Assembly: GCA_015680685.1 (NCBI GenBank)
Contig: MNCI01000952.1
Location: 1,086,538-1,150,537 of the forward strand
Direction: 5' to 3'
DNA: 64,000 nucleotides
Origin: Gnetum montanum
Taxonomy: Eukaryota; Plantae; Gnetophyta
Shown: positions 40,833-54,034 of the stretch, one piece after another
Numbering within the stretch: position 1 is the stretch's first letter
Layout of the letters: each line of letters begins with the position of its first letter
Notes under the pieces: model-generated
The model's database searches: none
What the model was told of the DNA's origin: nothing
What the model saw: the letters and a program-made list of their open reading frames with translations, nothing else
Translations under genes and position numbers: made by a program

Positions 40833-43800
40833 TGGTGAGCAACGAGTATACCCTATGCCCAACCATATGAATCACTAGCATTCACTCAGCGATTTGGTCA
40901 AATTTTGTAGACTTTAGCTCTTTAAGTACACTGGTTTTTAGGAGGTGAATCTATCCATTGCAATCATTGTCTTCTTAGTTCCTCTTGTGAACTGCAAGTG
41001 TATGGTTAAGAGTAACTAAGGCATCTAATTTTTATCATTTTTTCTTTTATGGTTTAANGACTAAGGCATCTAATTTTTATCATTTTTTCTTTTATGGTTT
41101 AATTGCGTAAGTGCTAGAAACAAAGTAAAATTAATGTGTAATTAATCTAATTAATCTAGTAACTGACTAACACATAACTAATCCTAACATAGGCATCCAT
41201 TCCCACTTTTTGTACACATCTTGAACACATTATAGTGCCACTAGGTTACCAAGCATTAAGCGCTACAAAGATTACCAAGCGTTAAACATATGCTCAAAGT
41301 GATCATGCTTATGTTTGCTATTTAGCCAATGTTAATTGCTTATTTAAAATTCATTAAAGTACATTTTATGAATATTAAATGCATAAATAAAGCATTAATC
41401 TATTCCAAGTTCTAGAAGGTTTGATTAGAAAAGTGCACCTTTATTACCATTCACGCTGTTGTGCTCAGGTACATCAGTGCTCGAATAAGGATTTGTACAT
41501 TTCATTGACTCCTACTACAAGCACTTAGAAAATATTCTAACTTTGGGGAAAACAAACTGAAAAAGCATCACTAACAACTAATGGAAAGATGGATGAATCA
41601 TGCGCACAAGTGTTATATTTATAGGTTAGCACACATCCCACAATATCATATATCTGATAATGCATCATGGGCTCTGATATTAGGTCCTGGAAAAAAAACA
41701 ATTCATCACACCTCCACAACTAAATAAAAACTTGTCCTCAAGTGAACAAAAGGAGAAACAAGTTCTTTACAAAATATTGGGAAGGTATGGGATTATTGAC
41801 TAACTAATTGATACACAAACTAACTTAGATCAGACAAATAGATGCTAAGTGCCTAAGTGTACAAATTTAGAATCTTTTACAAAATTTGGTGTTCATGGTA
41901 AAAAAATTGAACACCTTGGCAAAAATTGACATCCAAACCCCTCTGGTAGCTTGAAAATAAGGGAGAATATTAAATGGTCTCAGAGAGGTTCCATTGCATA
42001 GCTTTTGTTGCCTACTCCTGGGATTGTTCATGTTGTTAACTCATTCTCACCCTAGGCTGCTTATTCATTGGTTGAGACAATCTCACTTCTAGTCCATGCA
42101 TTCCTTTTGGTGCCATCTATGATGACAATAGTATCAAGGATTAGCGTGTGATGTGTAACTTATAACAAATAGGTACCTTGTCTCTCTTGAGCAGTACACT
42201 TGGCTAAGTTGTGATTATGGCAGATTGATTATTTGAATATTATTTGATTTCTATGGCTACTAGAGTTCCTTGGAAGTGTTTAACCTCATAAATTGATGAT
42301 TTTAATGTTATTTCATTAGTTAAACCTTTATGGAAGCTAGAAAAATTTTCCATCAAAAACCTGTGTAGTCCCCATGATATAGAGCTTACCTCTTGTAGTG
42401 GTAGGATTGAAAAATGAGGTAAATTGGATAAGCAGGTGGAAAGTTCTAGGATCTAAAAGTTGTCAACATTAGAGGTAAGGGAAAACCAAGAAGTTTTAAC
42501 ACAACTTGAAGTTCTTGGAAAGCCAAAAAAGTCATGAACACAATGAAATGCTTAAAGAGGGTTAAATAATTCACAATAAAAAGAGGTTTTCATTAGAGAA
42601 CATTGTGAAGGAGTGCATAATTTGAGGTCACCAATGGGGCACACAAAGGATTTGATCATGAAAATGCCTAAGGATAAAGAACTTAACTAGCCCAACTAAG
42701 AGGTATGTAAGTGGGTCCTTTCCAAAGTAGGCTCATGCCCTTAATCCCCTTGCATGCCTTCAAACCAAGGAGTTTGTGGACCCCATGGTTGATTAATGGT
42801 TGTGAAAAGTTAAGGACTAAATCTTGTAAGAACCTACTAATAATTTTAACACATCAAACTAAGACATTAAATAAAACCATGAAAACCTGGTAGTTAGGTT
42901 AGTTATGGAAAGTAGTAGCAGATAAAAGAGAAGGTGGAATGGAGTTCTAAGTCATGGTCACATGAAGTCCCTTGTGGATCTTATGATTAAGATGACTCGA
43001 TAAAGTCCATCCTTAGTCGAAATCAAAACCAACCACTTACAGTGACTTCGCATCAATATTCTTAGACTAGTCCACCCCCTTGAGATACAAGAATGTGCTC
43101 ACAGATCAATCACTATTCCTTATTGAGAAGAAAAGAGAAGTAGTAAGTTAGAAAAGGGCCTTAGTTAGAGGGGACCTTTAGGCATGGGTAACATGTCTTT
43201 CTAGTCCCATAACTAGTGATTGTAACCTATTATTGAGTCTAAGGAGTGTGCTTTAAATTCTCATCGATTATTTCTAAGTTTTACAATTTTATGATTTTTG
43301 GATGGGAACCACATCATGCAAAGACTTTTAGTTTTCTATTATTGGTCAACAGTAGAATGGTGAGAAATCCATGAAAATACTCAAACATTCAAGAGGGTAG
43401 AAAAGTATAGAGGGCATCGAATCCCTTTGAAGTCACACCCTTATCTAACCATTTAATCCTTCCCAAGTTTGGAAACTACCAAGGTCACAAGTTCACTAAA
43501 AGTTTTATTAAGGAAGGGGCCTCATATTTCCAAAACAAGGAACACCATAGAGTTTGTGAATGGGTGGATGACATGCATTCAGTGCCTATTTCATGAAAAA
43601 GAAACCATGTCTTAGTTATCAATACCAAAATTCAAAGATAAAATCCAAACATTAGCAATCAAACAACATTATAGTACAAACCACCATCAATAGTAGCCAC
43701 AATCACATTGTGTCTTGTTGGCAAGAAAGGAATAACCAGACAAAATAAACACAAGAAAAACATGAGAGAAATCAATCCAAATAAACTAAAATATAGAAAA

Positions 43801-46800
43801 ACTTGTAAAATATGTAAGAAAAAGAAAAATGTATTAACAATGTTGTAAAAGAAAAAAAAGTGTAAAAAACTGAAGAGCCACTTTGTATGATTAGAATGGA
43901 TGGCCATCTCCTCCATGACTAAGTTGGAAAGAAGAGATCCAAAATACTCAACGTGCTTGTCCATCCAGTGAGGTGTTGTGGTCACTGGCTCTCTTAGGCT
44001 CATGGAAATGTTTGATTTGTTGTATGTTGACCAACAATTTCTTATTTAGACTTTTATGTTTGTTTATCAACATGGCCCCAAAAGGAAGGGTTTCATAGAT
44101 GATGTAAGGCCCTTCCCACAACATCTAGAACTTAGTTCATTACAGGACATATGTAGGGTTATAGTAAAGGACCTTGTCTCCTAGTTGAAATTTTACTTTT
44201 CTTATTTTGAGGTCATGGTGTTGTTTGTTGAATACTTTGTGCAACTCGTTAGATGACATGGCTACCAATTAGTTTTCATCTAGCAAGTTGAAGTTTATCA
44301 GTCTTTTTTTCTTGTGCTAGACTTAGGTCAAGGTCAAGATCACAAGCTGTTGAAAGTGTATGGAGCTCGAATTGAATAGGAAGAGTTGGTAGTTTTTCGT
44401 ACACTAGTTGATAGGAAGAATAGCCTATAGGGAGTTTCCAGGTGAAGTAGTAGGCCCAAAGGGCATCAGTAAGTTTAGTGTTCTAGTCTCTCCTATATTT
44501 GCTAATTGTTCTTGTTAAGATGTTAGTGATTTCCATATTTGTTACCTTTGCTTGACCATTGGCTTGGTAGGATGTTATTAATTTGTGTTCAACCCCCAAG
44601 TGTTGCATGAGCTTTCAAAAGGTAGTATCGGTAAAGTGAGTACCATTATCATAAATAAGTTCACATGGCACACTAAACTTGTCTACAACATATTTTTGTA
44701 CAAATAAAGTAGTTGTAGAAGATGTATAGTCAATGATGGTTGCTACTTCTACCCATTTTGTACAATAGTCAACAATGACTATGATGTACACCTTTCCATT
44801 TGACATGGGCATTATGGAACCCATGAAGTCAATGCCCCAGATGTCAAAGGGTTCTAGTGGTTGGATCCATTGTTGAGAACCCTCCATATGAGCAATCATT
44901 CCACCATCATGTTGGTAGTGTTCACAAGAGCAAACAGATTAGTGAGTGTCCTTAAAGAGTATTAGCCAATAATACCTTATCCTCAAGATCTCAATGGGCA
45001 TGTGTATCCCAAAATAGTGGCCCCCACAAGGACCCTCATGAGCATCTTGAAGAATGCATATATCAACATCAAGAACACACCAACGAACTAGGCCATCAAC
45101 ACACACCTTGTAAAGATGTTCGTTGATTTCCACAAAGTGTTTATCTTGATGAAGAAATTGTTGTTTCTTCCTGCTATCTAGCTCCTGTGGCATCTCCAAA
45201 GTGAGAAGATAGATAAGAGTGCCATTGTACCAGTTAGTCTCATTAGGCACTTGTTCATTTATAGCTCTGGAAAAGAGGAGTTCATTGGGAAATTGATTTG
45301 AAAGTGGGCTCTCCTTCTCTTTGTTGTCCCATCTCAACCAAGATAAGTGGCCAACAACCACATTCTCAGTTCCCTTTCAATCTACCATCGTAAAATTGAA
45401 TTTCTACATGATCACAAGCCATTATATGATACAAGGGCTCACCATTGCATTGTTTATGAGGAAGTGGATTGCATTTTGTTTTGTGTACATGAACACCTTG
45501 TACCCAAGCACATAGTACTTGAATTTTGCCAAGGCAAACACCACTGCCATCAATTTCTTCTTTGTTGTGGTGTAATTTAACTATGCATCCATAATACTTT
45601 GACTCACATAGTGGATGTAGTAAGGATGTTTTTGATCATTCAACTGAGTAAGCACAACTCCCAAGGCATAATTTGATGCATCCATCGTGATGTGAAATGG
45701 TTTGGGCTAATTAGGTGCTGGTAGAATTAGAGTTTCTACAAAGCTTATGCTTGAGTTACTAAAATGCATTCTCACATTCCTCAGTCCAAATGAATGGGCA
45801 TCCTTCTCTGTAAGCTTCACCGATGATTTAGTGATCTTAGAGAAATTATCTATAAATTATCGATAGTAGCTAGTATGGTCAAGAAATGATCGGACATCTT
45901 TGATAGTTTTTGATTGGCAGGTAATTCCTTGGATGACCCTTATTTTCTCAAGGTCCACCTCAATCCATTTTTTAGATATTCTATGCCCCAAAACAATGTC
46001 TTCTTGGACCATCAGGTAGCTTTTCTACTAGTTGAGCCAAAGTTTTGTCTCCACACATCTTTTCAGCACTTGCTCAAGATGATCTAGGGCTTGCTCAAAT
46101 GTAGCCCCATGGTTATCCATAAAGACTTCCACCTTGCTACCAATTTGCTATTGAAAGATGCTCAGAACAAGGCGTTGGAAGGTTGTAGGAGCATTTCACA
46201 GACCAAATGACATCTTTTTATATGCACAAGTCCTCCAGGGACTTGTGAACATGGTTTTGGTTTGATTCTTAGGTGCAATATGAATTTTGTTATAGCCATT
46301 ATAACCATCTAGAAAGTTGTAAAAGCAATGCCCAAAGATGGTGTCCAACACCTAGTCCAAAAATGGCAATGGAAAATGATCTTTGTAAGTTGCCATGTTC
46401 AACAGCCTAAAGCCAATATAGATCCTCCTTTTGTTACCTTTGTTTGGAAATATCACTAGTGGGCTAACCCACTCACTATCTACAATGAGAAAGATGAACC
46501 CTACCTTGAGGAGTTGTTTAATCTCCTCCTTGATGATTTGCTCAAGTTGGGGTTCAACAATCGCTATGGTTGCCTCTTTGGCTTAATGGAAGGATCTATA
46601 TAGATGTAGTACTGTCATATCTTTGAATCAATTCTAGTGAGTTTAGGATATGATCAAGCAAAGCTTGTTGGTCATTTGTTAACCACCTTTGATAGCTTCT
46701 TTTTTTGTTTAGGAGTAAGGTTAGCATTGACAATCACCAGCTTTCCATTATTTAGAAAAGCATATTTCATGTTGGAAAATAGAGTTTTCAACTTTAGGGG

Positions 46801-49800
46801 CTCTTGTTTAAAGCTCTTAGGGATTTCCAAGTTTCCCTAGTAAGTGTCATTAGGTTCATCAGAGAGTTGGCAATGAACTTGCCCCAGTTCATCCATGCCT
46901 TCAATGTAGGCACTTTTTAAGCTCTTAGTTGATTTCATGTAAATTGTTGAGTTGCTATTAGGATCAACTGTCAGCCACTAGGTGCCTTTCTATTTTGTGA
47001 CTATTACATACATGCACCTTTGAATTTTAGACACATTTGCATATTGTTTGCATGTTATGATGGATATACTTTTTCTGGATCATAATTTTTGCACACAATT
47101 ATACCTTGTGTCATTGTATGCGATGCATGGAACTCTCTTCTTCTCTATCTTCTTGAATGTATTTTCCTTGGAAATCTCCAAGGAGAGATCTTTGATTCCC
47201 AATTGTGCATTAGTGGTGCTCAACCAAGTCCTTCTCATGATGATTGAAAAGTCCCCCTTGTAATTATCAACATGGATCACTAGGAAGTCAGCAGGTTAGG
47301 ACCACCCATAGACAGTGGTCATAATGTCATCTGCTAGCCCCAAGGGAATAGTGATGGACTGATTTGTCAACTCAAGATGAATGTTACTCTTCTTGAGTGG
47401 GGACAAGTTCCAGGCTTTGTACATATTATGAGAAATTAGATTTACACTAGAACTTGAGTCTAAAATAGATTTCCAAGGCTCATTCCTACTAATTTGTAGG
47501 TAAATAAGGGGACTCCTAGGATTAGATCTTTTCCTAGAAAGGTGGATAGCCTTAATCCTATTAGTTACCGCATGGGTCAACATGATAATATGCACTTTGG
47601 AAGGTGTTTGATTTGAAGGGGACTTGAAGGATGTAGATGTAAAGGATGAGGAAGAAGTAGGGTTATCTGCTACATATGTTTATGAGGGCTTTGTAGGACT
47701 GTTGGTTTAGAAGAATGGTCTTTTTTAGGATTTGGTTTTTGAACCACTCACCTGAGGAGCCAGGTGTAAGTTAATTATCCTAGTCGCATTACGTTGCTAA
47801 GGATGGGTTGGAATTTCACCCTGCATTGATGGAGCATGTGGTAATTAAGTTAATGATGGAGGGAAATGTTCAAAAGGATGAGAAGGGTAGTGAGTAAATG
47901 AGGATTCCCCTCTTGGAGATTAAGCATTTTAGTATTCAGAAGGGTAGTAATGATGCTAGAATGAAGCATGATTGGAAGAGTCATGGAGAAAAGGGTTGTT
48001 GAACATAGTATCCATATGGATCAGGTTTCTGGTAAGTGTATTGCTACCTTAGTGGTGGCATCCCCCACAACTATGGGTGTTGCCACTACTGGTACTACTC
48101 ATAAGGTTATGGTGGAGCTCCACTTAGATGGTAGGCTTGTTGCTGGTGGAAGCACCTAAGATTACCTTGAGGATAAGGTAACCTTTTGGGTGTTTACCTT
48201 CTGGCTAATCTAGGATTTAGAGCATATACCCCAAAATATTGCAATTGTGACATGACAAGGTAAGATCGCTTAGGATGTTCATAGTGGTAGATGTCACATC
48301 CACCACCATCATCTAATTTTTGGTAGATGACAAGGCAAGATCCACAACCTCCTCTATTGTAGTAGCCTTACCCTTATCCCTTTGGTACGCACATTTAGCT
48401 TCCTTCCTTCTCTTGATATCATGATCACTACTTTGCTTTTTGGATTTCTCTACTATTTTCAAAGTGGTTTAAAAATTTTCATCTAAAGAGTCCCACAATT
48501 TATCTACCTTGTCCAAAATTTTAGAAACAAATTTTTGAATTAGCAAGGTCTTTTGTTGCACCACCTCATCAAGTGATGTCTCCTCCTCATTACCATAGAA
48601 CCAGACCTCCCTTTTGTGAATGGAAGGATCTTAGTTATATTCCTATGTACTTTTCCTTTTTCTTAACTCTCCTTCTTCTTTGGTAACCTACTTAATTAGC
48701 CTTTGAATTTGATGGGCCCTTAATTTTGAAAGTATCACTTGGGCATATACCCCAAGAGTTCTCTATGTTTCTATGTAGAGACCATCTATGATATGGTGGA
48801 GCTCCTCCCTTTGAGAATAATCATGGGAAGGACATCAATGCAAAAGGAAACAGTACTTGCCTATGATTGCATCCAAGGGTTAATGTGTTCCTTGTTTCCA
48901 ACCTTGGATCTACTTTCTCAAGTTGGATACTTGGAAGTATGTTTAATACTTGTCATTGCAAAGCTTAAGCATTATACTCCATCTACGGATTGATTTTGGC
49001 TCTAAGGATTGGTACCAACTTTCAACTTTCTTGATGAGTGTCCTTGGGAATAACTTTAATTTTTTCCATTTGTTCTCCATGTTTTGTAAGGCATATGCAT
49101 CGTGAAAGGCTTGAAGATGGTTCTATGGATATAATTTATATCCCTTTTAAGGATATTGTTCATATCCAACCACTTGATTATGCTCTCTTTCACATGCCTT
49201 GTTGGAATTCTCATTGCCTTTGCAATGTTCAACATGTTTCAAGTTACAAGTAAAGACTCATCATGGTCATAGCCTCTATGATGGCCATGATGCTCATGAT
49301 GTCCTCTATTGTCCCTTTTTTTGTGATGGTAGGCCTCCTTGGATTACCCACACCCTTGGTCTCAACTATTCCGATAGGCTCTCTAATCATCTCTGTCCTC
49401 ACAATCACCTGCATCATGTTCATGTCCTCTACGGCTTTGGTGGGAGATAGAGAATGAAGAAGGTGAAGAGGAAGGAGGAATAGCACCACCATGGAGCCAG
49501 CCACTCCCTCTTTTGTGGTCACAACCACAATCATCATTGTGATGCTTGTCCTTGTCCTTGCCATGAGTCCCACCTTTGGATCCCCCATCATCATGGGACT
49601 CATTCTTACATGAACCAGGATTGTTTACAATGGACTGTAAATTCTAGTTCAAGCCCCCTTCATCAAAACCAAGGGGAGGAGAGTCAGTGAATTTAGAACC
49701 CTCAAAGAAGGGATCCTCACTGTCTTTTTAGCCTATCAAGAATAAGGGGTTATTGAACCATTTCCCCTTCAAAGCTTCATAGTGCCTCTCCTATTGCCAG

Positions 49801-51113
49801 TCTTTTTTGCATTGTGCATCAGTGGGATGGTAATCTTAATAGTTGTGGTCCTACATAATGTATTCAACATTGAGCCCTTGGATGCCCATCCTCATAAGAG
49901 TTTCATGTAGCATCATAGGAACTAATTGATTGGGTAGCAACACAATGTTATCTTCCATGTCCCTCCACCACAATTGTTCATCTTGATGTAGGATGAAGGT
50001 GAACTATGGCACATACTCATTGGGATAAGTATATATCACTTTGCATTGTTGGGGCACTGGTGGATTTGATCATTCATTCCTTTATTAATTAGATGTATGC
50101 TTGAACCTTGACAGAGAATCATCCTTGTAAGAAGAAGACATCTTTAGATTAGAAGAAAATACCAATGTGCTTTTACAATTATTATTATTATTTTGAATGA
50201 TTGCGATTTTAAGGTTTGTTAAAATGATCTTGAATAATTTCATGAAGTCCTAGATAGTGCACATAGCTAACTAAAGTCCCATACAATGGAGCCAATGATG
50301 AGCAGGGAGTATATTCTACGTCCAATCATACAAATCACTAACATTCACTTAGTGATCTGGTCGAATTCCATAGACTTTAGCTCTCTAAGTACACCAATTT
50401 CTAGGAGGCGAATCTCACCATTACAATTTTTGTCTTCTTATTTTCTCTTGTGAAGTGCAAGTGCATGGTTAAGAGTAATTGAGGCATATGATTTTTATCA
50501 TTTTGTCTTTTATGGTTTAATCACCTAAGTGTTGGAAACAAAGTAAACTTAATGTGTAATAAATCTGGTAACTAACTAACACTTAACTAATCCTAACATA
50601 GGCATTCATTCCCACTTTTTGTACACATCTTGAACATGTTATAGTACCACTAGGTTACCAAGCATTAACGCTACTAGGGTTACCAAGTGTTAAACGTATG
50701 CTCAAAGTGGTTGTACTTATGTTTGCTATTTAGCCAATATTAATTTAGTTAAAATTTATTAAAGTAGATTGTATGAATATTACATACATAAAGAAAGCAT
50801 TAATTTATTCTAAGTGCTACAAGGTTTAATCAAAAAATCTTGTCTTTATTACCATTCACATTGTCATGCTCAGGTACATTAGTGCTGGAATAAAGATTTG
50901 TACACTTCTTTGACTCCTACTATGAGCACTCAAAAAATATTCTAATTCTGGGAAAAACAACTTGCAAAAGCATCACTAACAACTAATGGAAAGATGGATA
51001 AATCATGCATCGAAGTGTTGTATTTATAGGCCAACTCACATCCTGCAATATTGGATATTCAATAACGCATCATGGGCTTTGATATTGGGGCCTAACAAAA
51101 AAATGATTCATCA
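40833..51113 (-). mobile_element. Athila-like Ty3/Gypsy LTR element 'E3' with gag-pol and no ORF2
   Basis: LTRs 40833-41708 and 50296-51113. TSD ATTAT at 40828-40832 and 51114-51118. PBS-like tggctccattg next to 50296. The sequence next to the PPT is homologous to E1 and E2. Confidence 0.93.
43930..50141 (-). pseudogene. E3 gag-pol (gag, aspartic protease, RT, RNase H, integrase), degenerate
   Basis: ILDSSSSVNL (protease); SEWVSPLV, KDHFPLPFLD, FLDGYNGY (RT); FHITMDASNYALGVVL (RNase H); HEGPCGGH, FDIWGIDFMG, DNGTHF, WEGPY (integrase). The domain order is Gypsy-type. Confidence 0.92.
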
Positions 51114-51819
51114 ATTATGTTATTTGCTACCGTAAATGCTAGAGTAAATATGAATGAATTTTCATCAAGGGCTTTTCCTCTTTGAATATTTGTTCACCAA
51201 GGTTGTTCTCTAGGCTTATACTTGTATATTCTAGCAATAGATGCTCTTGGTTATCTAATTTAGCATAAAATAGTCTCTACATGATTTAAGACTTCTAGGT
51301 GATGGAAATCAATTTTGCAATTCTTATTTTGCTCACAACTTATGCTTTCTTGTTAAGGATTCCTTAGAAGATGTTTAGACTATCTATCAATGTTTAAATA
51401 TTTTTTGTAAAGATTTAGGCTCTATTATTAATTGGTAGAAGTCTAGTCATTACTCAATCATTTAATCTTCCTAATCAGTCAATCCCTACAAGATTTATAT
51501 TTGGATTCCTTGGTATGCCATTTAGTTTTGATATACCAGGAACAAACTTTGGGAATGGATGATGCAGAGAATTAAAAGAAAAATTGAGATTTGGACTTCT
51601 AAATGTTTAACTTTAGTAGGAAAATTCCTTGTTTGTGGAAAAATTTTAACCTTATCTCATATTCTTTATTCCTTTTGCATAGCACATTCTATTACAACTT
51701 ATGGAAAGATTGAGAGACTTCTTAGAGATTTCTTATAATCTTCTTCAAGTAATCATTCTACATTCAAGTGAGTAGCTTGGAGATTTTGGATATGGCATAG
51801 GCATCTTAGGAAAGTTGGT

Positions 51820-52995
51820 TGATGAGTGGCGAGGTACCCCTACACTCAACCATACGAATACAAGCGTTTCATGCACGATCCAGTCGAACTCCGCAGACGG
51901 ACTAGTTGTGGTATCCAGATAGTTACTCATAGGTCACAATTCACTGTCTTCTCACCTAGACTAGTATTAACTTTCTCACGTATGGTTTAGTCCAGAGTGA
52001 GGTGTATGGTGTGTTCCTACACTAATGCTACTCCTGGGTATGATGGGAAGTAATAATAATTAAGCTAAGAGAGAGAGGGTGAGAGAGAGAATCTAAGCTA
52101 GCCTAAGTGCGATGAGCATCCGTTCCTTAATCATCTGTACACATCTTGGACCTTGTGCATGATTACCACTAGGATTACCAAATGCATGGCCTAGGTACAC
52201 TACTGGGTTACCAAGTAGTCACACTTAAATGCTCGTGATTAAGTCGTACTCATTCCGCGTTACTAGGAGATAAGGGTGAAGAGATATTAACTAATAAAGT
52301 AGTAAATAACAAATAATTAATTAATTAAGCTAAGTGGATGTTGCAATGATGAAGTAATCTCGATCTTTATTGTTGGTCATGTGCGTGTCCAAGTACGTCA
52401 CACTCGAATAAGGATGCCATACAATTACAATCATCACACTGCGGGCATGCACTGGGAGAAAAGGGTTGAGAGAACTAAGTGGCTAACTTACATTAACTAT
52501 TCATTAATTAAGTTGTAATTATTCCTAACACCAGTAACTATTCCCACTTGCTGCACACATCCTGAACTAGTGTAATGCTACTGGGATTACCAAACGCTAA
52601 TCGTTACTAGGTTACCAAGCGCTACACACATGCTCAAAGCGGTCGTACTGAGTGCATTTAATAAGGAGAGTCAAGGGTTGAGAGAGATTAATTATCTAGG
52701 AAAGCATTTAAACATTAATAGTAATTAATTACTATTTAGCTTAGTCCATATGCTACAAGGTTTATCGGAAAGTTTGTCTTTATTGCCGTATACAAATGTG
52801 TGCTCAAGTACAATTTGCTCGAATAAAGATCTGTTCACTTTAAGACTCCTATTGCGGGCATATGGAAATTATTGTAACTTTGGAATGGAAAAACTACAAG
52901 AGTTTAGCTAAGGGTCTAAGTGTAAGTGAATGAACAAGGGAAAGCCGCCTCTTATTTATAGACAATGCGGTGGGCTGCGATATCGCGGCTCATCA
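51820..52995 (-). mobile_element. Solo LTR of the same clan, 1176 bp, with duplicated internal modules
   Basis: TGATG...CATCA ends, TSD TTGGT at 51815-51819 and 52996-53000. The first ~630 bp are E1-like; 52460-52860 are E3-like. Confidence 0.92.
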
Positions 52996-53597
52996 TTGGT
53001 CTTCCAAATATCATGCTACAAGGAAGAAGTATTGTAACAAAATAGATCATTCAAGCATATGAGTATTAAGAGCCTTGGAAAATTTTCATCAAAAATACTA
53101 TCTCTATTAGTTATTTTAAGGGTAGGAAAAATTGGAATGTGCCCTACCATTTTAAAGCCTTACTAAATTTTCTCAAATCTAAGATGAGGGCTTCTCCATT
53201 TCATTTTGTTATAGGGAGATCTTGAGTTCAAGTTTATTGAAATAAACTATTAGATGAAGCTTTGCTATGGTGGTAAAAAATTGGGAGTTTTTGATTGGGT
53301 TTTAATTCTTGTATAGCTATTACCTTCTATAGGTTTGGCACTAACTAATTGAAAGATGTATGACCTTTTTCTATCAATGCTCCTCTCTCTTGGCTTGAGA
53401 TTCAAGCTTTCCTTTTCTTACTAGATGGCTTGAAAAATATGATTTTAAAAATCATTCTTATCATACTATATATCATGCGTCCAAATTTTTATTCTCAAGT
53501 TTCTTTAATATCTCCTAAAGTGATTTATTTTGTTTCATGCTTATGTTTTAATATCTTCCCTTAGTAAAGAGATTGGTGGCTCTTGGTGCTTCTCAAA

Positions 53598-54034
53598 CAA
53601 AAAGAAGACATACACATCAAACATATGTATAATTGTTTTTATAATAGAGCATATAAGAGGTGTCATTAGAGCCCAAAATAATTGAAACATAGGAAGACCC
53701 TAAGATTTATTAAAGTTTATAACTCAACACTACCTAGTAGAATTGAACCTATGACCTAGGGTTACCAAGCCAAGACCCAAACCACTAGGCTAACACCCTA
53801 TTATTGGAACCTAAAGTAAGTGAAACATAGAGGAACAAAAAGGGGGGAAAAAAGAAGACATAATTGTTCTTATAATAGAGCATGAGAGGGGGGTGTTGGA
53901 ACTTGAAACAATTGAAACATAAGTACATCCCTAACATTTATAGAAGCTTATAACTCAATGCTACCTAGTAGAATTGAACCTGCGTGTGACCTGGGGTTAT
54001 TAGGCCAAGACCTATACCACTAAGGTAACACCTC
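53598..54034 (-). mobile_element. Tandem pair of tRNA-derived SINE-like units
   Basis: Two similar ~200-bp units. Minus-strand A box TAGCCTAGTGG (53782-53792) and B box GGTTCAATTC (53740-53749) are repeated in degenerate form in unit 2. Confidence 0.6.

Larger units (their letters stand above)
38850..53500 (+). mobile_element. Degenerate L1-type LINE (endonuclease remnants plus RT), interrupted by E3 and a solo LTR
   Basis: PNNKAP, IKFIPK, LLNTSYKINAKAL, RFILDNI and VDYARAYDRISWNF at 40340-40780. The RT resumes after 51118 with VHQGCSLGLYLYILAIDAL. Ends are approximate. Confidence 0.82.

Noticed and set aside
41019-41102. Exact ~43-bp duplication in the E3 left LTR
   Set aside because: It straddles a single N and is absent from the partner LTR, so it is probably a contig-join artefact.
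49244-49603. Hydrophobic Met-rich ORFs suggesting a membrane protein
   Set aside because: These are alternative frames of the low-complexity His/Asp/Arg-rich gag N-terminus of E3.
53758-53772. SINE sequence TTGGTAACCCTAG resembling the LTR twin hairpins
   Set aside because: The match is only ~12 nt with no flanking homology, and the LTR hairpins lack an anticodon-type stem.
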